DNA from: an uncultured Ruminococcus sp.
Lineage (GTDB): Bacteria; Bacillota; Clostridia; Oscillospirales; Ruminococcaceae
DNA length: 64,000 nucleotides
Direction: 5' to 3'
Assembly: GCA_949291345.1 (NCBI GenBank)
Contig: CASEVP010000014.1
Location: 6,457 to 70,456, forward strand
The position numbers and the translations under genes were made by a program. The notes below the pieces were generated by a model. The model had not been told where the DNA came from and made no database searches. It saw nothing but the letters and a program-made list of their open reading frames with translations. Below are positions 1-8,658 of this stretch, piece after piece (positions within the stretch are counted from its first letter, which is position 1; the number at the start of each line of letters is the position of its first letter).

Positions 1-540
1 TTTATGATAAATCGGTTCTTGACTTCTCGCATATTCCACAATCTGCTTGACTACATCCCAGTTCATTAACGGTTCGCCGCCAAAAAAATCCATTTCCAAA
101 TTGACACGATCTCCAGAGTTATTTAACAGAAAATCGACTGCTTTTTTTCCCGTTTCAAAAGACATGAGCTTTCTGCCCTCACCAAAATCTCCTGTTGATG
201 CAAAACAATACTTACAACGCAAATTGCAGTCATGGGCAATGTTCAGACACATTGCCTTTACCGGAGATGCTACTGCATAATTGGCATATTGTTCATAATC
301 ATCCGGTGAAAACAAGATCCCCGCCTCATATGCCTCCAGTACCTCTGCATAACAAGAACAAATCTCCTCCGGCTCATAAAAACGAGATAGTTTTTCAATC
401 ACTTCTTTCGGACATTCTGGCGAAAACGGCGGTGCAACATTATCCAGCATATCATATGTCAGTTCATCAACAACATGTACACCCCCGCTGTTTACATCCA
501 GCACAACATTATAATCTCCTAATTTATATTTATGGATCAT
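1..540 (-). CDS. scfB: SCIFF/ranthipeptide radical SAM maturase, 5' part only (runs off the window start)
   Basis: Not in the ORF track; manual translation from ATG at 540 gives MIHKYKLGDYNVVLDVNSGGVHVVD...AMCLNIAHDCNLRCKYCFASTGDFG...DFFGGEPLMN (CxxxCxxC and GGEP motifs); adjacent to the SCIFF peptide. Confidence 0.93.
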   Translation of the reverse strand, partial: MIHKYKLGDYNVVLDVNSGGVHVVDELTYDMLDNVAPPFSPECPKEVIEKLSRFYEPEEICSCYAEVLEAYEAGILFSPDDYEQYANYAVASPVKAMCLNIAHDCNLRCKYCFASTGDFGEGRKLMSFETGKKAVDFLLNNSGDRVNLEMDFFGGEPLMNWDVVKQIVEYARSQEPIYHK

Positions 541-607
541 ACGCTATTTCCTCTTTTTCTTCTGCCGCCGCAAAACGGCAGTATTCCAATTGATATTCCC
601 AAAATGT

Positions 608-635
608 AAAAAAAGGGACATGGAACTGTCCCTTT
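608..635 (-). terminator. Intrinsic terminator between scfA and scfB
   Basis: Minus strand AAAGGGACA-GTTCCA-TGTCCC followed by T7. Confidence 0.7.
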
Positions 636-685
636 CCCTATTTTTGCGAATGGCATTTCACATCCGCATTCCGAATCGCACGCAC

Positions 686-823
686 TCAGTGCTCACACTT
701 CTGATTTGCTACGGTGCAAGATGTCTTACATGCGGACTGACAAGACGCCTGGCACTTACCGCAGCCACCCTTTGCAGCAGTCGCCTTCAGATTTGCGGCA
801 TTGATGGTTTTAATGTGCTTCAT
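686..823 (-). CDS. scfA: Six-cysteine ranthipeptide precursor SCIFF (45 aa)
   Basis: MKHIKTINAANLKATAAKGGCGKCQASCQSACKTSCTVANQKCEH; GGAGG RBS before ATG at 823; the 109-aa track ORF is over-extended. Confidence 0.96.
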   Translation of the reverse strand: MKHIKTINAANLKATAAKGGCGKCQASCQSACKTSCTVANQKCEH

Positions 824-853
824 TCGAAACCCTCCCCCAAAAGAATTTTTTTT

Positions 854-882
854 ATTATAACACAATTTTGCACATTTTTCAA
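854..882 (-). promoter_or_regulatory. Sigma-A-type promoter of scfA
   Basis: TTGAAA-17 nt-TATAAT with extended -10 TG. Confidence 0.65.
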
Positions 883-1081
883 GCATTCTATTCTCTTCAA
901 GAAAAAAATTTACAATATTGCACATATTTCTCTTTTTATCATTCTGCATATTGTCTATATTTTCTAATAGTATGACAATTTTTTCTATGGCATTTTTACA
1001 TTTGATGTTTATCAATTACGCTAAAAAATCCGACTTCTTATTCTTATCACATCCATTTTGCGCAACTACCAAAATGATATT

Positions 1082-1489
1082 TTAACGAGGCGGCTTTTTA
1101 TGCTGCCGATTTACACCTACAATACCGCCCCATGTACTAGCCACACAAACGCACAAAATTCGTATCAATCCGCCACCAATCTGCTGCCAAGCCATTCCGA
1201 ATGCCCATAAAATACAACAAAGTATAATTCCACAGAATAGTCCGGTCTGCATTCCTCTTTTTCGCCGATGAAATCCGGAAAAATATCCCATTCCGTATCC
1301 CGACGATACCAGTACTACACCTGCCATCAACGACAGCATCCATTCAGGTGCATCAGAAAATTGCATTAGTCCCGCAACGCCCATCAATCCTGCCGATAAC
1401 ATGCAGCAGCCCACTGCAAGCGCCAGTGGAAGATACGCTATTCTGGATTCCCAGATGCTTCGCCTAGAAGGTATTCGTTTTGTCCGCAT
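1082..1489 (-). CDS. TIGR04086-family membrane protein
   Basis: About four hydrophobic segments, RRKRGMQTG loop, C-terminal GGIVGVN; usual yajC / TIGR04086 / scfA synteny. Confidence 0.75.
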   Translation of the reverse strand: MRTKRIPSRRSIWESRIAYLPLALAVGCCMLSAGLMGVAGLMQFSDAPEWMLSLMAGVVLVSSGYGMGYFSGFHRRKRGMQTGLFCGIILCCILWAFGMAWQQIGGGLIRILCVCVASTWGGIVGVNRQHKKPPR

Positions 1490-1520
1490 TTTATTCTCCT
1501 CCGGTCGCTATACTTTTTTT

Positions 1521-1549
1521 AGCTTATGCATTTTTCTGCACATTTAGAA
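1521..1549 (-). promoter_or_regulatory. Putative sigma-E (mother-cell sporulation) promoter
   Basis: TTCTAAA-14 nt-CATAAGCT upstream of the TIGR04086 gene and downstream of the yajC terminator. Confidence 0.45.
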
Positions 1550-1580
1550 CTTTTACAATATGACATTGCTTGTGCCATAC

Positions 1581-1611
1581 AAAAAAACAGACTGCCTTTC
1601 AGCAGTCTGCT
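1581..1611 (-). terminator. Intrinsic terminator after yajC
   Basis: GCAGACTGC-TGAAAG-GCAGTCTG followed by T7. Confidence 0.75.
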
Positions 1612-1682
1612 CAGATACAAACAAATTCAATTTCCTTTATGTAAAATTAACCCAATTACTGCCATAGCACATATCCAGCATG

Positions 1683-2183
1683 TCATTCCTTTAACATACC
1701 CTTATCATCTTCGGGCTTATCCGTCTCCTCTTTGTCCTTCTTCTTGGTATCCTTCTTCGCCTTTGCAGCAGCAAGTTTTGCTTCTTGTTCCCGCTTTGCA
1801 TTCTCCGACATCGTCACATTTTCTTGAATCGCCCAATTTTTCAGACGAATCTTATTACGGTTTCCAGTGGTTTCAATTACGACAGTATCTTCCTGTACCT
1901 GTACCACCATACCCACAATGCCGCCAATGGTCACAATCTCATCGCCCACCTGTAGGTTGTTCTGCATTGCCTTCGCTTCCTTATCTTTTTTCTTCTGAGG
2001 ACGAATCAGAATGAAATACATTACCGCAAAAAGCAATACCATGAAGATCAAATATCCGACTGTACCCAGACCACCGGCTGATGTACTATTCCCGCTTTCT
2101 GCTGACACACTCATCATGGTCAACACACCTGTCAATGCTGCTACACTAACCGTCAATCCCATCTTTGCAAATCTTCTCAACAT
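1683..2183 (-). CDS. yajC: Preprotein translocase subunit YajC
   Basis: YFILIRPQKKK...LQVGDEIVTIGGIVG motif; N-terminal signal-like extension. Confidence 0.92.
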   Translation of the reverse strand: MLRRFAKMGLTVSVAALTGVLTMMSVSAESGNSTSAGGLGTVGYLIFMVLLFAVMYFILIRPQKKKDKEAKAMQNNLQVGDEIVTIGGIVGMVVQVQEDTVVIETTGNRNKIRLKNWAIQENVTMSENAKREQEAKLAAAKAKKDTKKKDKEETDKPEDDKGMLKE

Positions 2184-2204
2184 TTTTTACCAACCTTTCC
2201 ATTC

Positions 2205-3614
2205 TTACTCTGCGGACATTGCACCGCGAAGCACCTGATCTATTGAAGCAGCAGCCGTTTTTCCGGCACCCATGGCCAAAATTACAGTTGCTGCACCTGT
2301 CACTGCATCACCACCAGCATACACCCGATCTTTTGTGGTTGCCATACGCTCATTTACCACCAAACAACCCCAGCGATTGGTGTCTAATCCCTCAGTTGTA
2401 GAAGAAATCAACGGATTCGGTGATGTGCCAATTGCCATGATAACAGTATCCACATCCAACACAAAAGCACTATCCGGTACTGCAACAGGGCGACGCCTTC
2501 CACTTTCATCCGGCTCCCCTAGTTCCATACGAATACACTTCAACCCATTTACACGCCCATTTTCATCTCCCAAAATTTCAATCGGATTGCACAAATTCTG
2601 GAATTCGACGCCTTCTTCTTTTGCATGGTGCACTTCCTCTAAGCGTGCGGGCATCTCTTTTTCAGAGCGGCGATACACAATATACACATGTTCTGCCCCC
2701 ATACGCAAAGCACTTCTTGCCGCATCCATTGCAACGTTACCACCGCCTACAACAGCCACTGATTTAGACTTAATAACTGGTGTCGCATAACGAGGATCAT
2801 ATCCATGCATTAAATTAATTCGTGTCAGGTATTCATTGGCAGAGCATACGCCTACAAGACCCTCTCCAGGAATATTCATAAATCTTGGCAACCCAGCACC
2901 AGAACCAATAAAGACGGCATCATATCCCGTTTCCATCAACTCATCTACCGATAGAATCTTTCCGATTACCATATTCGGCTGGATATCTACCCCCATAGCC
3001 TTTAACGCTTGTATTTCCTCCTGAACAATCGTCTTCGGCAAACGAAATTCCGGAATGCCATACATCAGTACGCCGCCAGCAACCTGAAATGCCTCAAAAA
3101 CCGTCACCTGATAACCCAATCTTGCCAAATCGCCTGCACAAGTAAGACCTGCTGGACCGCCTCCTACAACCGCAACTTTTTTACCATTTGACTTTATTTT
3201 TTTCTGTACACCGGTATAACCATGTTCTCTGGCGTAATCCGCTACAAATCGTTCCAAACGACCGATCGCAACTGGTTCCCCTTTTTTCCCACGCACACAC
3301 TTTTGCTCGCATTGGTTTTCCTGTGGGCACACACGACCGCAAACTGCCGGCAAACTGTTTGTGGTTCGAATGATATCATATGCCTGTAAAAAATCACCCG
3401 CTGCAATAGCTGCAATAAAATCTGGAATCGGAACACCAACGGGACAACCGCTGACGCATGGTTTCGCCTTACAATTCAAGCAGCGTGCTGCCTCTTCCTG
3501 TGCTTGCTCAGGAGTATATCCCAATGCCACTTCTTCAAACGTTCTAGCACGTGTTTTTGGATCACGTTCCGGCATCGCCACCTTTTCCGGTGCCATATTG
3601 AATTTTCCTGCCAT
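2205..3614 (-). CDS. gltA: NADPH-dependent glutamate synthase small-subunit-like protein / NfnB (electron-bifurcating transhydrogenase large subunit)
   Basis: RCLNC...CVSGCP and CGRVCPQENQCE Fe-S motifs, two Rossmann motifs (GGGPAG, GGGNVAMD); start moved to MAGKF. Confidence 0.88.
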   Translation of the reverse strand: MAGKFNMAPEKVAMPERDPKTRARTFEEVALGYTPEQAQEEAARCLNCKAKPCVSGCPVGVPIPDFIAAIAAGDFLQAYDIIRTTNSLPAVCGRVCPQENQCEQKCVRGKKGEPVAIGRLERFVADYAREHGYTGVQKKIKSNGKKVAVVGGGPAGLTCAGDLARLGYQVTVFEAFQVAGGVLMYGIPEFRLPKTIVQEEIQALKAMGVDIQPNMVIGKILSVDELMETGYDAVFIGSGAGLPRFMNIPGEGLVGVCSANEYLTRINLMHGYDPRYATPVIKSKSVAVVGGGNVAMDAARSALRMGAEHVYIVYRRSEKEMPARLEEVHHAKEEGVEFQNLCNPIEILGDENGRVNGLKCIRMELGEPDESGRRRPVAVPDSAFVLDVDTVIMAIGTSPNPLISSTTEGLDTNRWGCLVVNERMATTKDRVYAGGDAVTGAATVILAMGAGKTAAASIDQVLRGAMSAE

Positions 3615-3616
3615 GT

Positions 3617-4447
3617 TCAGTGATTCCCCTTTCCATGCAGACGGCAATCATGCTCTTCTTCCCGATACGTAGTATTCCGACGCATTAGCTCATCAAAATC
3701 CACTTGATGCCCGTCAAAATCCGGTCCATCTACACAAGCATATTTTACTTTGCCTCCAACAGTAACACGGCATCCGCCGCACATTCCGGTACCATCGACC
3801 ATAATGGGATTCAACGATACAAGCGTTTTAATGCCATAAGGTTCTGTTGTCTTGCAAACAAACTTCATCATCGGTACTGGTCCGATCGCAATAACCAAAT
3901 CATATTTCTTACCATTTTCCAGTTGCTGCTGCAATACGTTGGTAACAAATCCCTTAGTCCCATAAGAACCATCATCTGTACATAAATACAAATTGTCGCT
4001 GCAAGTACGAAATTCTTCTTCCAGAATAACAATATCTTTATTGCGGAATCCAACGATCGTATCCACCTGTAATCCCATTTGATGCAGATGCTTCGCTTGC
4101 GGATAGGCAATTGCACAGCCTACACCGCCGCCAATCACACAAACGGACTGCGTTTCCTCTGGAATCTCCGTTGGCATTCCCAATGGGCCTACCAAATCTA
4201 AAATAGCATCGCCGGCTTTCAGTGCAGCAAAAGCACGGGTACTTTCTCCCGCCAACTGAAATATTAGAGTAATGGTGCCCTTCTCCGGTTCATAGTCTGC
4301 TACCGTCAACGGCACTCGTTCTCCAAACTCATCCAACCGAAATATGATAAACTGACCCGGCTGTACTTTTTTTGCAATGAGCGGTGCCGCAAGTTTGACC
4401 ATACACACCGCATCATTGAGCATTTTCTTTTCTAAAATTTGAAACAA
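3617..4447 (-). CDS. NfnA / sulfide dehydrogenase-like FAD/NAD-binding 2Fe-2S subunit
   Basis: PGQF, ERVPLT, GGGVG, MVDGTGMCGGCRV...CVDGPDF; TTG start after GAGGTG RBS; directly upstream of the NfnB-like gene. Confidence 0.88.
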   Translation of the reverse strand: MFQILEKKMLNDAVCMVKLAAPLIAKKVQPGQFIIFRLDEFGERVPLTVADYEPEKGTITLIFQLAGESTRAFAALKAGDAILDLVGPLGMPTEIPEETQSVCVIGGGVGCAIAYPQAKHLHQMGLQVDTIVGFRNKDIVILEEEFRTCSDNLYLCTDDGSYGTKGFVTNVLQQQLENGKKYDLVIAIGPVPMMKFVCKTTEPYGIKTLVSLNPIMVDGTGMCGGCRVTVGGKVKYACVDGPDFDGHQVDFDELMRRNTTYREEEHDCRLHGKGNH

Positions 4448-4557
4448 TTCTTTCACCTCATGCATTCAGTGATGTAATGAAAAAGCCGACGGCGCCGTCG
4501 GCTTTTCTCACGCATATTTTTGTCAATTCATACTATAAAATGTATGCATATGCTAGA

Positions 4558-5037
4558 TCATTCACCGGCTGGATCTTCAATCGGTACGTCGAATCCCTCC
4601 GGTTCTAGATCTTCATCCATATCACTGTAATCAAATTCCAACATTTCTCCGCAACACGGGCAAGGCATTGTGCCTTCTTCCAGAACAGATTCACTGATGT
4701 TAATTGTACTGCCACAGGAAGGACATACAGTTTCATACAGCACTTCATCGTCATCTGCATCGTCTTCCATATCATCGTCTTCACAATAACAATACGGCTC
4801 GTCATCGCTCTCTTCTTCGAAGACGATATCCTCCAGATCACCCAGATCCTGATCCAACAAGTCACAAACTTCAGTCAATTCATCAACCTGAGTCTGCAGG
4901 TCTGTCACATAAGCGGTCATCTCCTGCATGACATCTAATATCTGTCCTAGCACCTTTCCTTCCTTTGTGCTATTCAGATCCAATTCCATTCCATCAACCA
5001 TACCACGCAGATACGCCATTTTATCCGTCAGATTCAT
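4558..5037 (-). CDS. CD1247-N-domain acidic protein with C-terminal zinc ribbon
   Basis: AYLRGMVDGMEL...KEGK start, acidic coiled coil, CPSC...CPCC; downstream of efp. Confidence 0.75.
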   Translation of the reverse strand: MNLTDKMAYLRGMVDGMELDLNSTKEGKVLGQILDVMQEMTAYVTDLQTQVDELTEVCDLLDQDLGDLEDIVFEEESDDEPYCYCEDDDMEDDADDDEVLYETVCPSCGSTINISESVLEEGTMPCPCCGEMLEFDYSDMDEDLEPEGFDVPIEDPAGE

Positions 5038-5111
5038 ACAGTATACCCTCCTGTTCTGTTCATGGGCTTTTCCTGTTCGTCAAGCCGCACACGCTCTACA
5101 AAGCTGTTGGT

Positions 5112-5669
5112 TTATGCACGTTCCATATATTCGCCGGTTCTGGTATCAATACGAATCTTATCACCCGGATTGATAAACAATGGCACCTTGATCTCTGCAC
5201 CTGTTTCCAGTGTTGCTGGCTTTGTTGCATTTGTTGCTGTATCACCCTTGAAACCAGGATCTGTTTCAGTAACTTCCAGTTCTACAAAATTCGGCGGTTC
5301 TACACCAAATACATTGCCCTTATAGGACAACACTTTTACTTCCATATTTTCCTTTACAAACTGGAACGCAGCACCCAGCTTGGACTTATCAATTGGCTGC
5401 TGTTCATATGTTTCCATATCCATAAAATAATACAAATCACCGTCATTATACAGATATTGCATATCCTTGCGTTCAATATATGCGGTCGGATACTTATCTG
5501 TCGGGTTGAAGGAGCGTTCAACAACAGCGCCAGTGATTACGTTCTTATACTTTGTGCGGACAAATGCAGCGCCCTTACCCGGTTTTACATGCTGAAATTC
5601 GATAACCTGTACCACATTCCCGTCCAGCTCGAATGTGATACCGTTTCTGAAATCGCCTGCTGAAATCAT
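5112..5669 (-). CDS. efp: Elongation factor P
   Basis: [28 protein letters not shown]. Confidence 0.98.
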   Translation of the reverse strand: MISAGDFRNGITFELDGNVVQVIEFQHVKPGKGAAFVRTKYKNVITGAVVERSFNPTDKYPTAYIERKDMQYLYNDGDLYYFMDMETYEQQPIDKSKLGAAFQFVKENMEVKVLSYKGNVFGVEPPNFVELEVTETDPGFKGDTATNATKPATLETGAEIKVPLFINPGDKIRIDTRTGEYMERA

Positions 5670-5949
5670 AAATTGAAACCTCCGTTTTTGTTCCTTTGTT
5701 GCAACGATGGGTATCAGACAGCATTTTTACTGCCGAAATCCCGAAAAAAAAGCATTGCTTATTCTTATTATACAACATTTCCTGCAATTTGGCAAGACCT
5801 TATACAAAAAAATTTACAGGGTATCTAGAAAATTATGGCACATTTCAACACACAAACAAAGCAGTATAGTTCAAATACAAACCCATTCATTTTCCAAAAT
5901 TTAATCCCCCATCAGAAACATCCCAACATGGCAGAAATATTCATTTGCA

Positions 5950-7026
5950 CTACAACACAATTAAAGATTTTGTTGCCTTTGTCAAATTTTCACATCCATT
6001 TTCACGGATCACGACAAAATCTTCAATTCGGATGCCAAATTCTCCTGGAAAATATATACCTGGCTCCACCGTCACCACATTTCCCTGCTCCAGCACCGTC
6101 CGGGAACCGGGCGAGGCATTTGGAAATTCGTGAATTTCCAAACCGACGCCGTGTCCCAGCGCATGACCGAAACATTTACCGAATCCGGCTGTTTCAATCA
6201 CTTCTCTCGCATATTTATCAAGATCCTTTCCGGTAATCCCTGCCTTTGCGCCGTCAAGAGATGCTTGCTGTGCCGCCAGCACCACTTCATATACGCTTCG
6301 CATACGACTGGTCGGCTGTCCCACACATACCGTTCTTGTCATATCGCTATGATAACCGTCATACATTGCACCATAGTCCATCAGCACAAAATCGCCCTCT
6401 TTGACGAAACGGTTTTCTGATGGTACACCGTGTGGCATAGAAGTTGCACTGCCAGTTAATGCAATAGTAGGAAAAGACTCCCCTTCTGAACCATTTTCCA
6501 GCATCGTCTGATTCAGCCGCAGCATGATCTGCCGCTCCGAAATACCGGGGCGCAGAAACTGCAGAATATCCTCAAAAGCAATCTCTGCAATACGCTGTGC
6601 CTTCTGAATCTTTTCAATTTCTGCTTCACTTTTGATATTTCGGCAGGCAGTAATGGCATCGCTCAGTGCATCACTGCTGTCAAATTCCACCAAATTACCA
6701 AGAGCTTTTTTCCACTGAGTAAACTGACTCAATGTCATCTGTCTTGATTCAACCGCCAAAAGTCTGGCATTGTGTTTTTCCAGAAGTTCCCGCACTTGTT
6801 CCATCAGATTGTGCTGTTCAATGACTACACAATCTTTTACGCACACTTTTGCTTTTTCAATATATCGAAAATCTATGATCAGATACGCTGCCTCACGAAA
6901 GCACAATACTGTACCGCTAGAAGAATGCATTCCCGTCAAATAAAAGCGATTGATATCCGATTGTATCATTGCTGCATCCACAGATTTTGGCAGTTTTTTT
7001 ATCATTGCAAGCATTCGACTTGTCAT
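5950..7026 (-). CDS. Xaa-Pro aminopeptidase (M24)
   Basis: SDMTRT, HALGHGVGLEIHE, TVEPGIY, GIRIED. Confidence 0.92.
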   Translation of the reverse strand: MTSRMLAMIKKLPKSVDAAMIQSDINRFYLTGMHSSSGTVLCFREAAYLIIDFRYIEKAKVCVKDCVVIEQHNLMEQVRELLEKHNARLLAVESRQMTLSQFTQWKKALGNLVEFDSSDALSDAITACRNIKSEAEIEKIQKAQRIAEIAFEDILQFLRPGISERQIMLRLNQTMLENGSEGESFPTIALTGSATSMPHGVPSENRFVKEGDFVLMDYGAMYDGYHSDMTRTVCVGQPTSRMRSVYEVVLAAQQASLDGAKAGITGKDLDKYAREVIETAGFGKCFGHALGHGVGLEIHEFPNASPGSRTVLEQGNVVTVEPGIYFPGEFGIRIEDFVVIRENGCENLTKATKSLIVL

Positions 7027-7039
7027 ATTTTTTCACCCC

Positions 7040-7471
7040 TTACATTTCCGACAGTGCCTGCATTGCCAGAAAATATCCTTGTATCCCAAATCCAGCAATG
7101 GTACCAGCACAAACTGCACTCAAGACAGAGTGTGCACGAAACGGATCACGAGCATAAATATTGCTGATATGTACTTCAATGCAAGGAATTCGTATATCAT
7201 GAATTGCGTCATGGATTGCATAGCTATAATGCGTATATGCACCGGCATTGATAACCACACCATCAAAAGTATGTCTTGCTGCATGCAGTTTATCAATAAT
7301 GGCACCTTCATGATTGGACTGAAAGATTTCACATTCTAATCCCATTGCCTCTGCCCTATCTAAAATCTGACGATTGAGTTCCTGTAGTGTAGTACTGCCG
7401 TATACGCCGGGTTCCCGTTCTCCCAGCAGATTCAGATTAGGGCCATGAATAACAAGTACTTTTTTTATCAT
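7040..7471 (-). CDS. aroQ: Type II 3-dehydroquinate dehydratase
   Basis: HGPNLNLLGEREPGVYG, QSNHEG, EVHISN. Confidence 0.97.
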   Translation of the reverse strand: MIKKVLVIHGPNLNLLGEREPGVYGSTTLQELNRQILDRAEAMGLECEIFQSNHEGAIIDKLHAARHTFDGVVINAGAYTHYSYAIHDAIHDIRIPCIEVHISNIYARDPFRAHSVLSAVCAGTIAGFGIQGYFLAMQALSEM

Positions 7472-7983
7472 ATTTTCTCAACTCCTTCTTTTTCTTCTTC
7501 ATACACTTTTTTTGGCAAAAATGGAATTTCCATTTTTCGTTTAAATTTGAAAAATTTCGTTTTTTCCATTTCCATGGGAAATACAAAAATGCAGGGTATA
7601 CGAAGCCAATTTGCCCCCAACACATCGGTGAAGATTTGATCTCCTACAACGGCTACCTCACTGCGGGAAAGTCTCATTTTCTGCACACCTTCCCGAAAGC
7701 CTTTCGATAGGGGCTTTTTCCCCTCACAAACATAGTCCACTCCAAGCCGATTTGCGAATGGTGCCACCCGTGGCGAATGATTATTCGACACGAGACAAAG
7801 AGCAATTCCCGCTTCCCGCATTCTTGCGACCCATGCTTCCACACCCGGTGCGGGCACAGGGTTATCGTGCGTTGTCAATGTATTATCAATATCCAAAAGT
7901 AGTCCTCTTACGCCCATTTTTTTCAACAGACGAGGCGTTATGTCACACACACTTCGCAGTGCAACTTTTATGCGAAAGAGCAT
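7468..7983 (-). CDS. yqeG: YqeG-family HAD IIIA phosphatase
   Basis: DIDNTL, VSNN, KKP, VGDQIFTDVLGAN. Confidence 0.9.
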   Translation of the reverse strand: MLFRIKVALRSVCDITPRLLKKMGVRGLLLDIDNTLTTHDNPVPAPGVEAWVARMREAGIALCLVSNNHSPRVAPFANRLGVDYVCEGKKPLSKGFREGVQKMRLSRSEVAVVGDQIFTDVLGANWLRIPCIFVFPMEMEKTKFFKFKRKMEIPFLPKKVYEEEKEGVEKI

Positions 7984-8111
7984 CTATGTTCCTCCTCTTT
8001 GCATTATTCCGCCGTTCCTTCTCGACGGGCAATCCCTTTTTCGCTGTTTTTCCGGCTGCATTCATTATACATCTTCCCCTGCGCCGGAAATGTCGAACGA
8101 AGACATATTGC

Positions 8112-8145
8112 AAAAAAACGGGCGCACTTTTTAAAAGTGCACCCG
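8112..8145 (-). terminator. Intrinsic terminator after rpsU
   Basis: CGGGTGCAC...GTGCGCCCG followed by T7. Confidence 0.75.
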
Positions 8146-8167
8146 CCTGCTGTGTTTCGCAAATTTA

Positions 8168-8341
8168 TCAATACTTGCGCTTACGAGCAGCTTCAGACTT
8201 CTTCTTACGCTTTACAGAAGGCTTTTCATAATGCTCTCTCTTGCGAACTTCAGCAATAACGCCATCCTTCGCACAAGATCTCTTAAAGCGCTTCAGAGCG
8301 GTATCCAAAGACTCGTTCTTACCAACGCGAACTTCTGCCAC
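8168..8341 (-). CDS. rpsU: 30S ribosomal protein bS21 (57 aa, GTG start)
   Basis: Below the ORF-track cutoff; [57 protein letters not shown]; GGAGGG RBS. Confidence 0.97.
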   Translation of the reverse strand: MAEVRVGKNESLDTALKRFKRSCAKDGVIAEVRKREHYEKPSVKRKKKSEAARKRKY

Positions 8342-8496
8342 TTACATTTCCCTCCCTTTGCCACTACGGCAGAGGCTAATCTTCCGCCCGGTTCATTCAC
8401 CAGGTTTCCAATCTATACCACCAGTTTCCGCATTCGGAATCTGGGTATTCACTCCATCCGTCTGATAAAAGCAAAAACATTTTTACAATGTAATCT

Positions 8497-8525
8497 ATTA
8501 TACCACATATTCCCGCATCTGTCAA
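8497..8525 (-). promoter_or_regulatory. Sigma-A promoter of rpsU
   Basis: Perfect TTGACA-17 nt-TATAAT with TG extension. Confidence 0.8.
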
Positions 8526-8658
8526 GCTTTTTTTCGGTAAATTTCAAACAATTTATACGAATCTTTTACAACAAAATCCCCTTCATTTCAGCAATATATG
8601 GCAAGCCGTTTCAGAAACGAGTCAACTTATATATCCTTCAGAAAATAACTTCAAATTG

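Noticed and set aside
824-1015. 109-aa version of ScfA in the ORF track
   Set aside because: The extension runs through the promoter and AT-rich intergenic DNA; the RBS and family length support the ATG at 823
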